This document shows positions 58,863-64,000 of a DNA stretch of 64,000 nt, piece by piece. The stretch's first letter is position 1; each line of letters begins with the position of its first letter. The stretch comes from an uncultured virus (IMG/VR IMGVR_UViG_3300006868_000019) (Duplodnaviria; Heunggongvirae; Uroviricota; Caudoviricetes): the IMG/VR virus record IMGVR_UViG_3300006868_000019. One strand, given 5' to 3'. The notes beneath the pieces are model-generated. The model had not been told where the DNA came from. It did no database searches and was given only the letters and a program-made list of their open reading frames with translations. The position numbers were made by a program, and so were the translations under genes.

Positions 58863-59512
58863 GCAGTGTAGATAGAACAAACAAAGCGCTTCAAAGACTT
58901 TCTACTATGGGTGATTGGTTGCAAATGAAACAACACATTAATACTAGACAGATAATGAAAGACCTTGAGCCATACAAAGACTCATGGAAACCTTACAATT
59001 TAAGAAACCCAAATAACAGGTGGGGATTAAGTGTAACAAGTTTAGATGGCAAGTTAAGTGGTATACCTGATTTAGATAGTTTACTACAATACAATAAGAT
59101 ACATGGTACTAGTATTACAAATCATCACATAAAAGAATACACCGAAGTATATGATAACTCAAAAGAATTACAGAAACTCATTGAACCATGGAAACCTTGG
59201 TTAGGGAGATGTCACTTTCTAAAACTAAACACAGGTGGTTATTTTCCTGAACACTATGATGTAAACAAATTAGAATATGGTTATGATGAAATAAGATTTA
59301 TTGCTTTCATTAACAGGTGTGATAAAAAAGATTTAAAGTTTATATACGAGGATACAGTTAGAGATGTTAAAGATGGCCAGATGTTTTTCTTTAACGCAAA
59401 CAAAAGACATTCAGTTTTTAGTACATCGGACGATATTATTATGTTAGTATTTTGTATGAAGTTTGATGAACATTTATTTGAAAGATTAATAGAACAATAT
59501 AGGTATGCGTAA
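58859..59512 (+). CDS. 2OG-Fe(II) oxygenase-like (Asp/Asn beta-hydroxylase-like)
   Basis: GRCHFLKL..GG.FP.HYD...G..FFFN..K.HSV. Confidence 0.7.
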   Translation: MSSVDRTNKALQRLSTMGDWLQMKQHINTRQIMKDLEPYKDSWKPYNLRNPNNRWGLSVTSLDGKLSGIPDLDSLLQYNKIHGTSITNHHIKEYTEVYDNSKELQKLIEPWKPWLGRCHFLKLNTGGYFPEHYDVNKLEYGYDEIRFIAFINRCDKKDLKFIYEDTVRDVKDGQMFFFNANKRHSVFSTSDDIIMLVFCMKFDEHLFERLIEQYRYA

Positions 59513-60045
59513 TGTGGTATCATAAAAAATTTAAATTACAATACGATAAAAACGTTTTCAATGAGATAATTGAATATGCTGAAAGAGCAACATGGAGACA
59601 AGGGTACGATCAAAATGGTTTACTTTGGAATGTTGAAGAACTACCTTTAAACCCTAAACAGTTTCCTATACTAAATGAATTGTATGAAGGTCTAAATACA
59701 GAATTTAAAAGACCATCATTTTTTATTAGTAATGTGAAACCTGGTGGGTTAGTAAACCATATTGACCACAACAAATGGGGCAATCTAGGTATACCTTTGA
59801 AAGGTGATTTTGAAAATACACCTCAATACTTTTACGATCAATTCAATCATCCAGTAGAGTCATTCGTAGTTGATAGTCCTGTTATATTCAATACACGTAT
59901 GTTACACGCTGTACCTAGACAGTTAACTGATACAGGACCTAGATGGGTATTGATGATGGATTTATTTGAGTGGGTTGATAAATTGTTTGCAAAGATTGAC
60001 AACAAAACTATATGGACAGACACAAAGAATTTCAAAAATGCGTAA
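59512..60045 (+). CDS. 2OG-Fe(II) oxygenase-like protein
   Basis: PGG...HID...IP...P.IFNT...HAV...R. Confidence 0.6.
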   Translation: MWYHKKFKLQYDKNVFNEIIEYAERATWRQGYDQNGLLWNVEELPLNPKQFPILNELYEGLNTEFKRPSFFISNVKPGGLVNHIDHNKWGNLGIPLKGDFENTPQYFYDQFNHPVESFVVDSPVIFNTRMLHAVPRQLTDTGPRWVLMMDLFEWVDKLFAKIDNKTIWTDTKNFKNA

Positions 60046-61702
60046 CTTCTATTTTCTACAGATACCTTTAGGTACAGACGCAGCCTATCTGCCACAAGCA
60101 GTAGGTACGATCTGGTCTTATTGTAATCAGTTTGAAGAAGTACGAAAGAAATATAAACTTGCAGGTGTATGGTGGAACAAAGAGATTGATATAGTTGAAC
60201 CTGATTTTATAGCTGCAAGTTGTTATATGTGGAACTGGAAAATAACATATGACGCATTGAAAGAAATAAAAAAGAAGTATCCTAAATGTAGAATAGTTGT
60301 AGGTGGACCTGAACCACAATATACATCAGAATGGTGTAAAAAACATCCTGAAATAGACGCTGTGTTAGCATACTATGGTGAAGAAACAATGAGAAGATTA
60401 CTAGTAGATGATGAACTTAACATACCAGGTGTTGTTACAAAAGACTTTAACAATGCAGCCGAGGCAGAATATGCCGACCCTAAAATGATACCTAGTCCTT
60501 ATCTTAATGGTTTCTTTGATAGTTTACTAGAAGGCAACACACAAAAAGTCAGAGCAATCTTTGAAGGCAATAGAGGTTGTCCTTATACTTGTTCTTTCTG
60601 TGACATAGGCCATAAGAAATATACAAAGATACAAATGTTTGAAACAGAAAAATGTTTAAAAGAACTAAAATGGATGTGTGATAGAAATGTAACTGCTATA
60701 GATGTAGCAGATAGTAACTTTGGTATATTTCCTAGAGATGAAAAACTTGTAGATTTTGTAGTAGAACAAAAGAAGGCAGGTAAATTCAATGGTAGATTTA
60801 TGCCTACGTGGGCTAAGACACATGGTGAAAAGATAATGAAGTTAGCAAAGAAATTGCAAGACGCAAATGTAGATGACACTTTTGGTTTTAGTTTACAATC
60901 TACAAATCCTGAAACTTTAGATAATGTCAATAGAAGAAATGCGTTTGATATTAAGAGTTTCAAACCTATCATAAAGAATTTAAAAGACAAAGGTGTTTCA
61001 TCATATACAGAATTAATCTTTCCTTTGCCTGGTGATAGTTTAGAAACATTTAAGTATGGTCTACACGAAATAGTTGACATGCCTGCACCATTTGATATGA
61101 TACAGATTAATACTTTAAGTAGATTAAGTAATACAGAATTTAACACAGGTTTTCCTGAAATGATATGGCAAAATATTAAAGGTACTGCAAAGCCATATAA
61201 CAATGATGTAATAGATGAGATTGCTGTTGCAACAGATAAGATGACAAGAGATCAAGTCTTTGAAGGTTTCTTTTATAGTAGAAGTTTCTTAATACCAATG
61301 TACTGGTATGGTCTAGCAAAGTATCATGCTGATTGTTATTATGAAATTAATGGTAATAGAAGTGAATTATTTAAAGACATATATTCAAAACTATTTAAAA
61401 ACAAAACATTTATGAAACACAAACTAGATGTTAGAGAACATTATTTTAAAGCACTTAATGAGTACAAAGACATTGGATATAAGATACTTAATAAAGATAT
61501 AAATTATTATACAGATACAGCTTATTCTCACTTGTTCTATACCGAGAATAATATATTTGATGTGTTCAAAGAAATGTATCCAGAATATGATGAGATTATT
61601 GATCGCAACAAAAAAGATTTCAGACCTATTGACGATAAGATGGAATGGCTCAGAGATATACACGTTAGAGGTAGATTTAGTGAGTCTTGGAGAATAAAAT
61701 GA
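60038..61702 (+). CDS. Cobalamin-binding-domain radical SAM protein, paralog of 55851-57701
   Basis: LPQAVG.IWSY, SCYMWN, GGP, IPSPYL, EGNRGCPYTCSFC, DSNFG, ELIFPLPG. Confidence 0.9.
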   Translation: MRNFYFLQIPLGTDAAYLPQAVGTIWSYCNQFEEVRKKYKLAGVWWNKEIDIVEPDFIAASCYMWNWKITYDALKEIKKKYPKCRIVVGGPEPQYTSEWCKKHPEIDAVLAYYGEETMRRLLVDDELNIPGVVTKDFNNAAEAEYADPKMIPSPYLNGFFDSLLEGNTQKVRAIFEGNRGCPYTCSFCDIGHKKYTKIQMFETEKCLKELKWMCDRNVTAIDVADSNFGIFPRDEKLVDFVVEQKKAGKFNGRFMPTWAKTHGEKIMKLAKKLQDANVDDTFGFSLQSTNPETLDNVNRRNAFDIKSFKPIIKNLKDKGVSSYTELIFPLPGDSLETFKYGLHEIVDMPAPFDMIQINTLSRLSNTEFNTGFPEMIWQNIKGTAKPYNNDVIDEIAVATDKMTRDQVFEGFFYSRSFLIPMYWYGLAKYHADCYYEINGNRSELFKDIYSKLFKNKTFMKHKLDVREHYFKALNEYKDIGYKILNKDINYYTDTAYSHLFYTENNIFDVFKEMYPEYDEIIDRNKKDFRPIDDKMEWLRDIHVRGRFSESWRIK

Positions 61703-62604
61703 TAAACAAATTAATATGGAATAAAGTAGAAGAATTATTTTACTGGAACATATCAGTAGATAGCCCTATCAATCAATTACCTTTTACAATGGATTTTATT
61801 CTTGCTTGTCAAAAAGAATTTTCTATGACAGTAAGAGATAAAGAATACCCTATACATCTAGGTGGTATAATGGATTGGCACGATAAAACAATGGGCGATT
61901 TCGTAAAAGAAATAGATAAACAATATCAAAGTAATTACTTTGTAGCAGAAAATGGCACAAGTACAACAGGTGTCGTAGGTGAAATAAAAGATGTAAACGA
62001 TAAACCTATTACAAACAAATGGAATATAAGAGGTGAAGCTCTTGTTAAAAGATTACAAGCAATGCAAAAAGAAAGACCTAATTTAACAATATTAGATATG
62101 GGTTGTGGTGTAAATGAATATAAGAAACATTTAAATAATGTTACAGGCGTTGATCCATATAGAAAAGAAGCAGACATAATCTGTAGTCAAGCAGATTTTA
62201 AACCTGCTGATGATATAAAATGGGATGTAATTATATGTTTTGGTCCTCAAAACTGGTATACGTATGATGAACAATATAGAAACTTTATGACGTTAAAGAA
62301 TTGTTTAGCACCTAGTGGTCTATTATTATGGTCACATGTTCATAATTACTATAAAGTATTTCAACCAGATCACCCACATGGTCATACTTGGATACATGGC
62401 GATTTAGAACATGCACAAAAAAATAGTGCGTTTTATTTTTATGATAGAAACTGGAAGTACACATGGTACTTTAACTGGACTGAACATGCTGTAAATACAC
62501 TTGCAGGTCATGTAGGTTTAAAAATAAACAAAGTTGATTACGACCATTGTAATTTATACAGACCACCTATGTACAGAATATTTACGGAGATGACACATGG
62601 TTGA
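61699..62604 (+). CDS. Class I SAM-dependent methyltransferase with ACP-like N-terminal domain
   Basis: ILDMGCG, GVDP, WDVIICFG, LAPSG; N-terminal 80 aa resemble a carrier-protein helical bundle. Confidence 0.7.
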   Translation: MINKLIWNKVEELFYWNISVDSPINQLPFTMDFILACQKEFSMTVRDKEYPIHLGGIMDWHDKTMGDFVKEIDKQYQSNYFVAENGTSTTGVVGEIKDVNDKPITNKWNIRGEALVKRLQAMQKERPNLTILDMGCGVNEYKKHLNNVTGVDPYRKEADIICSQADFKPADDIKWDVIICFGPQNWYTYDEQYRNFMTLKNCLAPSGLLLWSHVHNYYKVFQPDHPHGHTWIHGDLEHAQKNSAFYFYDRNWKYTWYFNWTEHAVNTLAGHVGLKINKVDYDHCNLYRPPMYRIFTEMTHG

Positions 62605-63205
62605 ACAAGGTAACTTCTTTGTCAAATGTCATAACATTTATTACAATCAACAATGGTTGATAGATGTATTAGATAGTTTGAAACCTAGTGATTGGGTAAA
62701 CGGAGTTAGTAGAACAGGCGTAGCATGGAATGTTAGTGAGTGTAGAAATATACCATATGAGAATATGTGGAAAGATATTGTAGAGAATATGAATTTAGAT
62801 CAAGTCGGTAGTACAGAAAGAACATTCCATGGTGAAAAACCATGGGCATTCTTTTCTAAATTACCACCAGGTGGTATAAATTTACACTACGACCACAGAC
62901 GTTGGGGTGCAATATTATTTCCTGTAAGAGGTAAGTTTGAACTCACACCTCAAATATTTGCAACAGAAAACTATACAGAAATAGAAAGATTTAATTTTGA
63001 AAAAAGTAAGATACATGATAATGGTACACCTGTATTTTTTGATAGCAGAGTTTTACATGCTGTACCTACACCTTTAGATTTAGAGGAAGAAAGAGTTGTA
63101 TTTTCTGTTAACATACACTCACATCCTACAGAAATGTTTAAGAAAGCTGTTGATGGTACATGGTTAAATAAGAATACAGAAAACATAGGTGTATCTAATG
63201 ACTAA
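62597..63205 (+). CDS. 2OG-Fe(II) oxygenase-like protein
   Basis: PPGG...HYD...FP...PVFFD...HAV...R. Confidence 0.6.
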   Translation: MVEQGNFFVKCHNIYYNQQWLIDVLDSLKPSDWVNGVSRTGVAWNVSECRNIPYENMWKDIVENMNLDQVGSTERTFHGEKPWAFFSKLPPGGINLHYDHRRWGAILFPVRGKFELTPQIFATENYTEIERFNFEKSKIHDNGTPVFFDSRVLHAVPTPLDLEEERVVFSVNIHSHPTEMFKKAVDGTWLNKNTENIGVSND

Positions 63206-63764
63206 TTTCTATTCTATACAAGCAGATAAAATGAAATTTAATTTAGATATGTTAGTTGATCTATACAAAACAGTAGATCAAACAAAGTGGGTACATAGAC
63301 AAGATAAGTTACCACAGTATTGGCCTATTGATGAAAACAGCACGTTTGATCGTAACCATGAATTTTACAGACTACTAAAAGAAAACATAAATGCTGATAT
63401 AGATGAAACGAGAGTATATTTCAGTAGAGTACATCCAGGTGGTATACCTAACCATTGGGATTTTGAAAATTTTACTAAACTACAATTTCCTGTTATATGT
63501 GATGAAGAAGATAACGATTGGTCAAAGTCGCCTGTTATCTTTATAGATCAATTTGACCAAGTTGTAGAAAGAGTAGAACATACGAATAATACGCCTATAA
63601 TTTATAGTGCGAATTACATGCACGGAACAATCAAATCTTTAGATAATACAAACGATAGAATTACTTTTGTTGTTGATATTAAGTATTGGTTTGCCAGAGT
63701 TAGATCAAAATATAACAACGGTACTTTGTTTACAAACAACAAAGCGTTTTGGAGTATGGCATGA
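63198..63764 (+). CDS. 2OG-Fe(II) oxygenase-like protein
   Basis: PGG...HWD...FP...P.I....HGT...R. Confidence 0.6.
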   Translation: MTNFYSIQADKMKFNLDMLVDLYKTVDQTKWVHRQDKLPQYWPIDENSTFDRNHEFYRLLKENINADIDETRVYFSRVHPGGIPNHWDFENFTKLQFPVICDEEDNDWSKSPVIFIDQFDQVVERVEHTNNTPIIYSANYMHGTIKSLDNTNDRITFVVDIKYWFARVRSKYNNGTLFTNNKAFWSMA

Positions 63765-64000
63765 ACAGGTGGGATATAACTGTTAAACAAAGTAACTATG
63801 ATTTCAATCCTTTTAGAGAAAGCGATCATGGTAAATACTTTAAGACAGTTACAAACATTTATGAGGACTGGTCAAAGGAATTAGAATATGCAAACAAGCA
63901 ACAATATGATTTCTATTGGCCTAGTCCTGTAAAACCAGGTGGCGATCATTTTGATTATGAGTATGAAAATAAACTAGTAGAAGATTGGGGTATACCTAAA
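63761..64000 (+). CDS. Partial CDS running off the window
   Basis: ATGA-coupled start, MNRWDITVKQSNYDFNPF..., open to the window end. Confidence 0.7.
   Translation, partial: MNRWDITVKQSNYDFNPFRESDHGKYFKTVTNIYEDWSKELEYANKQQYDFYWPSPVKPGGDHFDYEYENKLVEDWGIPK

Noticed and set aside
1..64000. CRISPR array, integrase, intron or intein, diversity-generating retroelement, alternative genetic code
   Set aside because: I saw no spaced repeat array, recombinase, reverse transcriptase or interrupted core gene. Core genes translate full-length in the standard code and use all three stop codons.
43885..64000. RiPP cluster with a precursor peptide
   Set aside because: rSAM/SPASM and nitroreductase genes suggest it, but I found no convincing short precursor ORF or RRE domain in the window, and sugar-type enzymes dominate.

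Overview
This AT-rich, gene-dense window comes from a T4-like myovirus genome. The host is most likely a marine alphaproteobacterium, possibly SAR11. That is an inference from a circularly permuted two-piece tmRNA gene, two perfect GTTC-N7-GTTC LexA-type boxes and a pstS gene. Layout: (1-8.5 kb) exonuclease, tmRNA, gp33, gp59, gp32, a DUF262/HNH-like gene and gp4; (8.6-18.1 kb) gp2 and tail/baseplate-hub genes, with a probable -1 frameshift joining gp26-like to gp51-like; (18.2-27.5 kb) an accessory island between gp5 and PAAR/gp25, holding IscA, a sulfotransferase-like gene, a QueC-like gene, radical SAM/SPASM genes, a nitroreductase, PstS, a serine hydrolase and small early genes; (27.5-43.9 kb) baseplate wedge, VrlC-like and fibre genes; (43.9-64 kb, continuing past the edge) a cluster of more than 20 tailoring enzymes, mostly on divergent arms with T4 late-type promoters. 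The cluster includes glycosyltransferases, methyltransferases, a carbamoyltransferase, a DegT aminotransferase, radical SAM and B12-radical SAM enzymes, 2OG-Fe(II) oxygenases, a peroxiredoxin fold lacking its active-site Cys and an ACP-like methyltransferase fusion. All calls come from motif recognition by eye; no database search was run.
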